Shown here in pieces: positions 49,236 to 58,081 of a DNA stretch of 64,000 bases. This DNA is from Phycisphaeraceae bacterium. GTDB lineage: Bacteria > Planctomycetota > Phycisphaerae > Phycisphaerales > Phycisphaeraceae. The notes below the pieces were generated by a model. It was not told the DNA's origin and searched no databases. It saw nothing but the letters and a program-made list of their open reading frames with translations. The stretch lies in NCBI GenBank assembly GCA_963674705.1, contig OY771506.1, forward strand, positions 1,344,001 to 1,408,000. Reading direction: 5' to 3'. How positions within the stretch are numbered: the first letter of the stretch is position 1; each line of letters starts with the position of its first letter. The position numbers and the translations under genes are program-made.

Positions 49236-50366
49236 ATGCGCATCTGCCTGTTCACCCCGACATTCCTGCCATCGATCGGCGGCGCGGAACTGGCCGGCGA
49301 CCGCATCCTGCGCGGCCTGCAAGCGCGCGGCCACGAGGTGCAGGTCCTCTGCCAGGACCACGGCGAACCGAAAGATTTGCCTTACCCCGTCACGCGCTAC
49401 AAAAGACCACCCTCGCAAAACCTCTGGCCTGAAGTCTTGAGCCGGCATGTCAAGCGTCTTTACAAACGTGCAACCTTCGACATCGTGCTCGCGTTCTATG
49501 GCTATCCGACCGGTTACGCCGCCGCTCGCATCAAAGACAAGCTCGGTTTCAAACTTGTTGTCAGCGCACGCGGCTCCGACCTGTACCCGAACTTTCACGC
49601 CCTCTCTAAGCCGCGCGTCAAGGCAACGATCCGCTCAGGCTACCGTGGGGCCGACCGCATCATCTCATTAAGCGATTGGCTTGACGGCCGCTTGCGCGAA
49701 GTAGCCGGGCCCGACCTACCGCCGATCGATCGCGTGCTCAACGGCATCGATCTTCAAGCGTTCGATCACGAACTCGATAAAGCTACTACCGCATCACCGC
49801 TATTTGAACTCGAGTCCGGCAAGTACATCCTGCACCTGTCGCGCATCGGCCCGGTCAAACGCCCGGACCTTGCACTCGATGCCGTTAATCAAAGTGCCGA
49901 TCACTTCCGCCGCGCCAACATGAAGTACATCTTCGTCGGTGATGGTGAATCACTCGGCGCGCTGCGTAATAACATCGAAGCGGCGAAACTCGGAGATGTC
50001 GTGCGTTGCCTGGGCCGCCAGACAGGCGACAACAAATACTGGCTGCTCAAACACGCCCGCGCGTTTGTTTCCACCAGCCGTGAAGAAGGCATGCCAAACG
50101 CCGTGATCGAAGCAATCGTGTCAGGTCTGCCGGTTTTATTAAGCGATATCGGCCCGCACACCGAACTGGTCAACCTCACCCACGCAGGCAAAACCTTCCG
50201 CTATCCGGAAGCGGCAGACCTGTCGCGACAACTGGTCGGCTTGCTGAATGATGATCTATCCCAATACCGCACCGCAGCGCATAACTGCCGGCAACTGTTC
50301 AGCCTCAACACCATGATCGACGGCTACGAACGAAGCTTGAAAACAGCGATGGAACAAAACGAATAA
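49236..50366 (+). CDS. GT4 glycosyltransferase
   Basis: GGAE, NGID, KR and EGMPNAVIEA (EX7E) motifs. Confidence 0.92.
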   Translation: MRICLFTPTFLPSIGGAELAGDRILRGLQARGHEVQVLCQDHGEPKDLPYPVTRYKRPPSQNLWPEVLSRHVKRLYKRATFDIVLAFYGYPTGYAAARIKDKLGFKLVVSARGSDLYPNFHALSKPRVKATIRSGYRGADRIISLSDWLDGRLREVAGPDLPPIDRVLNGIDLQAFDHELDKATTASPLFELESGKYILHLSRIGPVKRPDLALDAVNQSADHFRRANMKYIFVGDGESLGALRNNIEAAKLGDVVRCLGRQTGDNKYWLLKHARAFVSTSREEGMPNAVIEAIVSGLPVLLSDIGPHTELVNLTHAGKTFRYPEAADLSRQLVGLLNDDLSQYRTAAHNCRQLFSLNTMIDGYERSLKTAMEQNE

Positions 50367-50373
50367 TACCCTC

Positions 50374-50449
50374 GTTTAGCGGGCGATCGCAGATCGTCGT
50401 GTCGCTGCAAGTGTTATCTCACGCGCGGATCTGCGATCCGCCGCTAAAC
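50374..50449. repeat. Imperfect inverted repeat between convergent genes
   Basis: GTTTAGCGGGCGATCGCAGATC pairs with GATCTGCGATCCGCCGCTAAAC. Confidence 0.7.
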
Positions 50450-52273
50450 TTCAACACGATACCGATCCAGCCATCCCAGCAATGCGATGATCGTGTACAC
50501 CGAGCGCATCTCGCCTCGCCCGGCAAGCGCAGCGTTCCATATGTTTGAGATCGATCGCTGATTCATAAACGGCGCTAACTCACCGCAGCGTGACACCCAG
50601 TCGTCGCAACGTTCTTTCCACTTGCCTGTGAAGTAAGTCTGTAGCGGTACGGAAAAACCGTGCTTCGGCCGATCCCACACATCGCGTGTCAGGTGTCGTT
50701 TCGATAAATCAACCAGCACCGACTTCAATCCGTGCTTGAGCTTCACACTTGCAGGCTGCGGCAACACAAGGTCAACAACCGGATTACCCAGCATCGGTAC
50801 GCGCGCTTCGAGGCTGTGGCACATGCTCGCTCGGTCGCTCTTGATCAGGCAGTTCTCGCTTAGGTACGTCCACAAGTCGGCCCGCATCAGTTGGTCGGTC
50901 TCGATTGGTTTGCCGAATGAACGCGCCAGGTCGAGCCAGCCTCGCATCGTCTGGTCGATCTTGCATCGATTCGCCGCGTCTGCTGACAACAGCGCCGACA
51001 TATCCTTGCGCGAGCCGGCAAACGGCCCGTATTTTACGCGATCCCAGAGCAATCCCTCATCGCCTTGCAGTGTTCTGCGAAGTAATGAGCCGGGCAATAT
51101 GCCCATCGATCGCAAGACATTCAGTGCCGCGTTGCCAGAATAATTTGAAGCGCCTTTCATGAACCTCGGGTATCCGCCGAACAGTTCATCGCCCCCATCA
51201 CCAGCGACTGCGACGGTGACATGCTGCCTTGTTAATCCGCAGAGTTCACGCAGCGGCAAATACGCCGGGTCGGCCATAGGTTGATCCAGGTCGGCGATTG
51301 CTTGTGCCAGGATGTCACCGTCGATCTCACGTGCATCCAGTTCGTGATGCTCGCAGCCGTAGCGTTCGGCGACCTGTCTTGCGTACTTACTTTCGTCGTA
51401 GCCTTTTTTTGCATCAAAGCGCACGGTAAACGTCTTGACCGGGTTGCTCGACGCCGCAGCCATGTAATGCACCATCAGCGAGCTGTCGATTCCGCCGGAA
51501 AGAAACGCGCCGAGCGGCACATCCGCGACCATCTGCCGCTTCACGCTCTCGGCCAGCGCCGCATCTGTCGCCTCAACCAGCGCGTCATAATCCATCGGCT
51601 GATCGGTCGCCGAAGGTATCTGCCAGTAACAACCGGTATGCAGTTCGCCGCTGCCTCGCTTCCACGTTAACCACGATGCGGGTGGAAGCGATCGGACATC
51701 CGCCAGCAGAGTCAGCGGCGACGGGATCGACTGCACAGCGAGATACTCGCGTAGTGCTTCGTAATCCAGCTTTTTCGGGAAGCCCTGCAACTCAAAGAAA
51801 GGCCGAAGCGTTGAGCTCGTGATCAATCCGCCTTGCGTCGAGTAATACAACGGCTTGATCCCGAACCGGTCGCGCGCTGCAAACAGCGTCTTGTCCTGCT
51901 TGTCCCAGATCGCAAACGCGAACATCCCGTCTAATCGATCAAGCACAGCCCGCCCCCACTGCGCGTAACCTTCGAGTAACGCCTCCGTGTCGCAGCTTGT
52001 ACGCATCGTTCGGCCGTACTTTGCCAGTTCATCGCGAACCTCGAAGAAGTTGTAGACCTCCCCGTTGTAGACGATCACGTAACGCCCGCAGGCGGAGATC
52101 ATCGGTTGCTGGCCGTGTTTTAAATCGATGATGGAAAGCCGGCGGTGTCCGAAGTGGATGTCCTCTTCGTGCCAGACGCCGCGCTCGTCCGGGCCGCGCG
52201 TGGTCAGTGAATCCAACGCACGATCAAAATCCTGCGCCCAACGGTCGCCGGCGATGGTGAGAAAGCCGCACAA
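50444..52273 (-). CDS. asnB: Asparagine synthase (glutamine-hydrolysing) family amidotransferase
   Basis: MCG start, RGPD, HRRLSIID, NGEVYN, LSGGIDSS and GDGGDELFGGY motifs. Confidence 0.93.
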   Translation of the reverse strand: MCGFLTIAGDRWAQDFDRALDSLTTRGPDERGVWHEEDIHFGHRRLSIIDLKHGQQPMISACGRYVIVYNGEVYNFFEVRDELAKYGRTMRTSCDTEALLEGYAQWGRAVLDRLDGMFAFAIWDKQDKTLFAARDRFGIKPLYYSTQGGLITSSTLRPFFELQGFPKKLDYEALREYLAVQSIPSPLTLLADVRSLPPASWLTWKRGSGELHTGCYWQIPSATDQPMDYDALVEATDAALAESVKRQMVADVPLGAFLSGGIDSSLMVHYMAAASSNPVKTFTVRFDAKKGYDESKYARQVAERYGCEHHELDAREIDGDILAQAIADLDQPMADPAYLPLRELCGLTRQHVTVAVAGDGGDELFGGYPRFMKGASNYSGNAALNVLRSMGILPGSLLRRTLQGDEGLLWDRVKYGPFAGSRKDMSALLSADAANRCKIDQTMRGWLDLARSFGKPIETDQLMRADLWTYLSENCLIKSDRASMCHSLEARVPMLGNPVVDLVLPQPASVKLKHGLKSVLVDLSKRHLTRDVWDRPKHGFSVPLQTYFTGKWKERCDDWVSRCGELAPFMNQRSISNIWNAALAGRGEMRSVYTIIALLGWLDRYRVEV

Positions 52274-52274
52274 G

Positions 52275-53075
52275 TCAGTCGCCGCTCCGCATGCCCAGGG
52301 TCTTGCAGATGGTGTTACGCGTTCGTGTGAAGAAGTTCGCCAGGTGCAGTTGTATGAGCAGTCGGCCGTAGGACGCTTCGGAATCGTAAGGCAGGCACGC
52401 GAAGGTCGGGCCGTAGCTCGGGGACTTCACATCCTTCGGCCGCCACTCCAGGTCGTCCATTTCATCAAACGCACGCCAGCATGGCTCATCCATCTGCTTG
52501 AAAGATTCGACATAAGCCTTGTGATCGCTGAACAGCGAGCCCGGCACGTTCTGCTCGACGAACCGCCGCGTCGCCAGCCCGCGATACACATCATGTACGA
52601 ACACCATCCGCGCCTTGCCCGTCTTCAATAGTTGTAGGGCAAGCCGTAGCGCCCTGAAACCCTTTGGCCCATCAATGATGATGACCGCGTCCTGCTTCAG
52701 GTGTTTAAACAACAGCTTCTGTGAATCCCCGTAAAGCAGCTCGATGTGTTCAAAGCTCTTGAGCCGGCTTTCAGCGATCGGCACATCCGGCGAATCCCGA
52801 TCAAACTCGACGCTGACGATCTTTGACTCCGGGAAGATCTTTCCGAGCACGTATGTGCTCTGCCCGCGTGCCCGGCCGGATTCAAGTACCAGCGGTGTCG
52901 GCGCTATTCCCGCCGCCGCGAATACAAACAGCATCTCGCTGAAGAATACGCCCTTCTCTTCGTAAGGCACATCCGCAATCGCCTGCATGAACCGGCCACG
53001 CATGTCCTCGGCCCGGCTCAGGATCACTTCGCTGGTCAATGCATCTTCGGATTGTGTTGTCTGTTTTGTGTTCAA
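52275..53075 (-). CDS. Hypothetical protein, SAM-methyltransferase-like fold
   Basis: VLESGRARGQST, SVE, GDS, IDGPK and HD motifs. Confidence 0.6.
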   Translation of the reverse strand: MNTKQTTQSEDALTSEVILSRAEDMRGRFMQAIADVPYEEKGVFFSEMLFVFAAAGIAPTPLVLESGRARGQSTYVLGKIFPESKIVSVEFDRDSPDVPIAESRLKSFEHIELLYGDSQKLLFKHLKQDAVIIIDGPKGFRALRLALQLLKTGKARMVFVHDVYRGLATRRFVEQNVPGSLFSDHKAYVESFKQMDEPCWRAFDEMDDLEWRPKDVKSPSYGPTFACLPYDSEASYGRLLIQLHLANFFTRTRNTICKTLGMRSGD

Positions 53076-53127
53076 GCCCCCAACAGAGCAGAATCGCGGT
53101 TAAGTGTCAAACGTGCATCTAAATTGT

Positions 53128-54393
53128 TCACACCTTCAACACACCCGCGTGCTTGTAGGCCTTGCCCAGCGTCGCGGTTGAATCGATCTTCATCCAGTTA
53201 TCCAAAACGCTGGCGTAGACGCTGCGGAAGTCGATCTGGTACTTCAGGTCGCCGTCGTCCAGGTCCTGCAGGCTGGGGTGCGTGCCGATCAGGCCGGGCG
53301 TTACGTGTTCGCCAAAGACAAACATCGGCCCGGCCGTGCCGTGGTCCGTTCCTGATGAGGCGTTCTGTTTCACGCGCCTGCCGAATTCGCTGAACGCGAT
53401 GGTCACCACGCGGCTCTGGTGCCCGGTTGCCTTCAATTCTGAGTAGAAAGCCGACACGGATTGTGCGAATTCATCCAGCAGTCGGGCATGCTGTGCCGTC
53501 TGGTTGGCGTGGGTATCGAAGCCACCCATCGCGACGTAAAACACCCGCGTCGGCAGCTCCGCCTTGATCATCGACGCCACCATCTTCAACTGCCGCGCCA
53601 GCCCGTTTGCCGGGAACTGCGTAACAGGCTTCTGGTTCACCGCCTTACGCACGCGCTCGGAGGCAACCTGCGCATCCATCGCCGTTCGCAGAATGAATGC
53701 CGCTGGATCGCTTTCATCCATCACGGCTGATGATTGATTAAGCTCGTCGTAACTTTCACTCAGCGCCTCGTGCAGGTCGCGCCCGGACCAGCGGAACATC
53801 TCGGGCTTCTCGAACGTGACGGGCTTCACCACCTTGCCCATCGTCGCAAGCGGCGCTTCCGAACCCAGGCTGATGCACGATAGCGCCGTGTCTTCCTTGT
53901 CGTGCAAACTGTCCATCGCCCGGCCGACCCAGCCCTCGCCCTTGTTCGATAGCGTATCGCCCATGTGCCAGACATCCATGCTCGCAAAGTGCGAACGTAT
54001 CGGGTTCGGATACCCCACGCCCTGCACGATCCCCGCGAGCCCATCGCCGACCATCTCGCTGATCGGCCTAAGCGAAGGATGCAACCCGATACCGGTTTGC
54101 ATATCGAGCTGGATCAATTCCTTTTCACGCACAGCGATGCCTGATCGGTTCTTGTAATAATCATCAAAACCGTAGGGGATCACCGTGTTCAGGCCGTCGT
54201 TTCCGCCGGAAAGCTGAATCACAACCAGTACGCGATCCTCGGGCACGCCGGGATTACTCGGCAGTATCCCCGTGCTCTGCGCTAACACACTCGAAGACCG
54301 CGACAAAAAGATCGGCACTGTCGATACCGTCGAAACCATCGCCAGCCCGGATCGCAGGAATTGCCGCCTCGTATATGCATTCTGATCCGTCAC
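53128..54393 (-). CDS. DUF1501 family Tat-exported protein
   Basis: TRRQFL, GGNDGLN, RSHF, GFDTH, SEFGR and GTDHG motifs. Confidence 0.92.
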   Translation of the reverse strand: MTDQNAYTRRQFLRSGLAMVSTVSTVPIFLSRSSSVLAQSTGILPSNPGVPEDRVLVVIQLSGGNDGLNTVIPYGFDDYYKNRSGIAVREKELIQLDMQTGIGLHPSLRPISEMVGDGLAGIVQGVGYPNPIRSHFASMDVWHMGDTLSNKGEGWVGRAMDSLHDKEDTALSCISLGSEAPLATMGKVVKPVTFEKPEMFRWSGRDLHEALSESYDELNQSSAVMDESDPAAFILRTAMDAQVASERVRKAVNQKPVTQFPANGLARQLKMVASMIKAELPTRVFYVAMGGFDTHANQTAQHARLLDEFAQSVSAFYSELKATGHQSRVVTIAFSEFGRRVKQNASSGTDHGTAGPMFVFGEHVTPGLIGTHPSLQDLDDGDLKYQIDFRSVYASVLDNWMKIDSTATLGKAYKHAGVLKV

Positions 54394-54413
54394 GATCAAC
54401 TCCTCTTTCGCTT

Positions 54414-55898
54414 CTAGCAAAGCTGGTACTCGGGCATCGCGGTAATCAACGTCAGCAAACCGATCAGGCTGTCTTTCGTCACACCCTTGTCGCGCTCGCG
54501 CATGAACTTGTACAACGGTTCGCGTCTGGCCATTGGTGTATGATCACCGAGCATAAAGCCGACGAAGTGGTCCACCACCGGCTCGGATTCCCTGCTATCC
54601 ACCCCCGCAAGCAACAGCATCGGATCGTAGTTCACCGCTTTACGGTCCCACTTCTTTTGCCTTGGGTCCTTGCCTGTGATCAGGTAAGTGCACACGTTCT
54701 GTCGGGTGAATAAGGTCGAGGTATTGATCCAGCTCCTCCCGCCGCACCAGCCCGCAACGCTGGGCGGGTCGAATAACTCCTGGCCCATCGCGCTGAGCCC
54801 ATCGCTGAGCGTGCCGGTGCTACGGGTCGGCGTACCGAGCGTTCTTGCCGTGCCGATGACAAGTTGCGTCGGGCTCTTGATCTTCTTGCCGACGATCTGC
54901 TCATCGTAGAAGTGTTCGCTCTTGAATACGCGCTTTAGCACGGGTCCGATCTTGTAGCCGTTCTTCTTGAGCATCAGCGCCAGCCGCTCGACAACCTCGC
55001 GGTTTTCTTTCGGCACCTCATCCAGGTAATCCGGCAGATCCGCGACAAAATGCCGGTACAACTTCAGCGCGATATATCTTGGGCAGGCCGGCTGATCCAG
55101 CAATACATCAACAAAGTCGTCGCCATCCATGTTGCCCGTCTCACCGAGCACGGTCTTCTTCGAGTCATCGTGACGATTTTCATTGAAGACGAAGTCGTTA
55201 TCCTCAACGTGATAACCCGTCAGCGCCTTGGCGCCCTGCTTGATGTCGTTTTCGCTGTAGTTACCCTCACCCAGTGTGAACAGTTCCATGAACTCACGCG
55301 CGAGGTTTTCGTTGGGCTTACGCTTGAAGTTCTGGTCGTTGTTGAGGAACTTGAGCATCGCCGGGTCGTGCACGACCGCCTTGGCGAGTTTGCCGAAGTT
55401 ACCCGCTGCATGCTCGCGGAACATCTGGTTCTGCTGGTACATCAGGTACGTGTCGCGCACGTTGCGGTGGCGCGACGCGAAGTGGCTGTGCCAAAGCAGC
55501 ACCAGCTTCTCACGCAATGGCGTCGGCGTGTCGATCATCAAACCGACCCACCACCGACGCAGCTCCCCGAGCATCCGCCGATCTTCCGCACGCTGTTCGT
55601 TGAGCCTGCGACGGATCTCCGACCGGGCCGCCTCGTCGTTCTCTCGGCGCGCCCTGGCAAAAGCCTCACGCTCGTCTTGCGTGAAAGGTCTGACCACATC
55701 CGGGTCGACCTTCGGCAAATCCGCCGGCTCTTCCGTCTTCGCATCTTTGATAAGCTCATCCACCGCCTCGTCCAGCCCCGCGTCGACCAGCGTCGATATC
55801 TCGCCCGGCCCTGCGCCGAAACCGGCCCGCAGCAACAGATGACGGGCCTCCCTCGGCCCGAATGCTTCCCGATTGATCGGTGACAACGATGTTTTCAT
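54414..55898 (-). CDS. DUF1800 family protein
   Basis: HLLLRAGFG, WHSHF, NENLAREFMELFTLG, PPSVAGW and PEYQL motifs. Confidence 0.92.
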   Translation of the reverse strand: MKTSLSPINREAFGPREARHLLLRAGFGAGPGEISTLVDAGLDEAVDELIKDAKTEEPADLPKVDPDVVRPFTQDEREAFARARRENDEAARSEIRRRLNEQRAEDRRMLGELRRWWVGLMIDTPTPLREKLVLLWHSHFASRHRNVRDTYLMYQQNQMFREHAAGNFGKLAKAVVHDPAMLKFLNNDQNFKRKPNENLAREFMELFTLGEGNYSENDIKQGAKALTGYHVEDNDFVFNENRHDDSKKTVLGETGNMDGDDFVDVLLDQPACPRYIALKLYRHFVADLPDYLDEVPKENREVVERLALMLKKNGYKIGPVLKRVFKSEHFYDEQIVGKKIKSPTQLVIGTARTLGTPTRSTGTLSDGLSAMGQELFDPPSVAGWCGGRSWINTSTLFTRQNVCTYLITGKDPRQKKWDRKAVNYDPMLLLAGVDSRESEPVVDHFVGFMLGDHTPMARREPLYKFMRERDKGVTKDSLIGLLTLITAMPEYQLC

Positions 55899-56022
55899 GA
55901 CCGCACCTAATGACAGGACCAACACGGACGCAAAATACTATTCCTTCAACGTCCCGGGAATCACATTATTGCCGATTTTAATCTAAACCCTGAACGGGCT
56001 GAAGATAGCAAACATAATGTTG

Positions 56023-56214
56023 TTAGCCATTAGCCATTAGCCATTAGCCACGATTTCAGATTGAACATTGAAGATCGAACATCAAAGATACCCGCCCCTT
56101 CGCTTCGCTCAGGACCGGCGTTGAGGAAGTGAGAAATACAATTTCTACACCCTACACCCTACACCCTACACCCTACACCCTACACCCTACACCCTACACC
56201 CTACACCCCACACC
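56023..56214. repeat. Cluster of 7-bp tandem arrays
   Basis: (TTAGCCA)x4 at 56023-56050; (ATYRAAS)x4 at 56060-56087; (CTACACC)x9 at 56145-56207 plus one degenerate copy. Confidence 0.95.
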
Positions 56215-56220
56215 CCGAAA

Positions 56221-57873
56221 TCACCCCGGGCCCACCGTGTCTGCGGACATCGGGATCTGATCAAACCTTACAGGCAGGTAAATCGTGAACGTCGTGCCCT
56301 GCTTGCGTTTGCTTTCGACTTTTACCACGCCGCCGTGCTCCTCGACGATCTTCTTGGTCACGACCAGGCCTAAACCCGTGCCGCGCAGTCCCTTTGTCGA
56401 ATGGAACGGCTCAAACAATCTGTCCAGCGTGCTCTTGCCCATGCCCTCGCCATTATCCGCCACGGTGATCTTCACCCGATCGTGATCGCCATCATATTCG
56501 CAGCGCACACTCACCACCCCCGTCTCCGGCTGCACCGCATCCAGCGCGTTATTAAGCAGATTCAACACCGCCTGATGCACCCCACCCGGATCGACAGGCA
56601 CCGGCGGCATGTCGTTGGGCACATCCACCAATAACGCCGCGTGCTTGCCATCAAATTGTTTCTGTACCAGTCCCGATATCTCGCCCAGTAGAGCATCCAG
56701 GTTCACAAGTTCCAACTCGGGTTTGCGCTGCTTGGAATACGCGAGCATGTTCATGACAAGCTCGTAGATCCGCTCGACGTTGCGGGCGACGATTTCCCAC
56801 CCGCCGCGCGTCAGGTCCATGTTGTTCTTACGTAAACCAAGCTCAACGACATCCGCCCCACCCCGCATGCCCTGAAGAATGTTTTTGATCGAATGCGACA
56901 AGCTCGCGACCGTCTGCCCCACCGCCGCGAGTCTTTCATCTCTTAATCGCTCGGCGTACAGCCGTGAATTCGATAGCGCGACCCCCGTCTGCACACCGAT
57001 AGCCGTCAGCAGCAGCAACTGATCTTCCGTGTACGTGTAATTGGCGACCTTCGAGTCCAGGTGGATCACGCCGTACAGCCGATCCTTGAACTTGATCGGC
57101 ACGCACATCGTCGAGCGGATGCCATACGCCTGCACGCTGTCGCCGGTCGAGAAGCGCCGGTCGGTCATCGCGTTACTCGACAATACGCCCACACCCTTCT
57201 TCATCACGTACCGAACGATCGTTCGGCTGACACTGATCGGCTCGTTGTTCTTCTTCTTGTTCTCCATCGGGCTGCGGTGCCGCACCAGCGCCGGCTCGGG
57301 CACCGCGTCCGGATCGTCCTGCAGCATGATGAAGCCGCGGTCGGCCTTGAAGTACTCGAACACCACATCCATCACGCGCTCGAGCAGCTCCTGCTTGTCC
57401 GTCACCGATCCGATCAGCGCGGTCAACTCATAAATCACACGAAGCTGAAACTCCGCCGCCTGCCCGGGCTCCGGCACCGCCATGATCATCGAATCATCAT
57501 TGCTCGCTGCGGTCGACTCGACGCTGATGTCGATCTCCCCGCGCCGGACCAGCCGGATCGATTCTTTCTTGGGCTTGGGTTTCTCATCACCAAAGATAAA
57601 CAGCGTCGCCCCGGTGCGGATCTGATCGCCCGGCCGAAGCAGCCGACGCTCCGTCGTCACACGCACGCCGTTGACGAACGTGCCGTTGGAGGAATGCAAA
57701 TCCCGGATATACCACTTGCCATTATCAGGTGTAAGCTCCGCATGCCGGCGCGAAATGGTCTGGTCGGCCGTCTCGAGCGCCTCGCTCGACCGCCCGATCA
57801 GTTGTGGCTCATCGTCCGGCAACTCGTACCGCCGCCCTTTGTCCACACCCTTGATGACCGTCATCACCAGCAA
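56221..57873 (-). CDS. FHA + GAF + histidine kinase
   Basis: IGR, SRRH and SSNGTFVNG (FHA); GAF; SHSIKN H-box; NLLNNA, DNGEG and GTGLGL boxes. Confidence 0.92.
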   Translation of the reverse strand: MLVMTVIKGVDKGRRYELPDDEPQLIGRSSEALETADQTISRRHAELTPDNGKWYIRDLHSSNGTFVNGVRVTTERRLLRPGDQIRTGATLFIFGDEKPKPKKESIRLVRRGEIDISVESTAASNDDSMIMAVPEPGQAAEFQLRVIYELTALIGSVTDKQELLERVMDVVFEYFKADRGFIMLQDDPDAVPEPALVRHRSPMENKKKNNEPISVSRTIVRYVMKKGVGVLSSNAMTDRRFSTGDSVQAYGIRSTMCVPIKFKDRLYGVIHLDSKVANYTYTEDQLLLLTAIGVQTGVALSNSRLYAERLRDERLAAVGQTVASLSHSIKNILQGMRGGADVVELGLRKNNMDLTRGGWEIVARNVERIYELVMNMLAYSKQRKPELELVNLDALLGEISGLVQKQFDGKHAALLVDVPNDMPPVPVDPGGVHQAVLNLLNNALDAVQPETGVVSVRCEYDGDHDRVKITVADNGEGMGKSTLDRLFEPFHSTKGLRGTGLGLVVTKKIVEEHGGVVKVESKRKQGTTFTIYLPVRFDQIPMSADTVGPG

Positions 57874-57944
57874 CGCAAATCACTCCGAAAAACAAATCCT
57901 TGTTTACCAGTCAAACTGAAACGGTTGGAATCACATTAAATTGA

Positions 57945-57980
57945 CTCCCTCTCCCCTTGGGAGAGGGCCGGGGTGAGGGC
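57945..57980. repeat. REP-like CCCTCTCCC palindrome
   Basis: CTCCCTCTCCCCTTGGGAGAGGGCCGGGGTGAGGGC. Confidence 0.8.
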
Positions 57981-58024
57981 TAGTCTTTGTGCGATCAATA
58001 CAACACCGATCACCCAATCCACCC

Positions 58025-58053
58025 GAAGCCCACGTTCGCCGAACGTGGGCTTC
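58025..58053. repeat. REP-like palindrome
   Basis: Matches 42320-42343. Confidence 0.75.
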
Positions 58054-58081
58054 CCTCACCATTCACCCCACATACATCGAC

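Noticed and set aside
52505..52532. dif-like site (TTATGTCGAAT arm on the minus strand)
   Set aside because: Lies inside a CDS and the XerC arm is a poor match; insufficient without a genome-wide search.
56023..56214. Possible CRISPR array
   Set aside because: Contiguous 7-bp units with no spacers and no cas genes.
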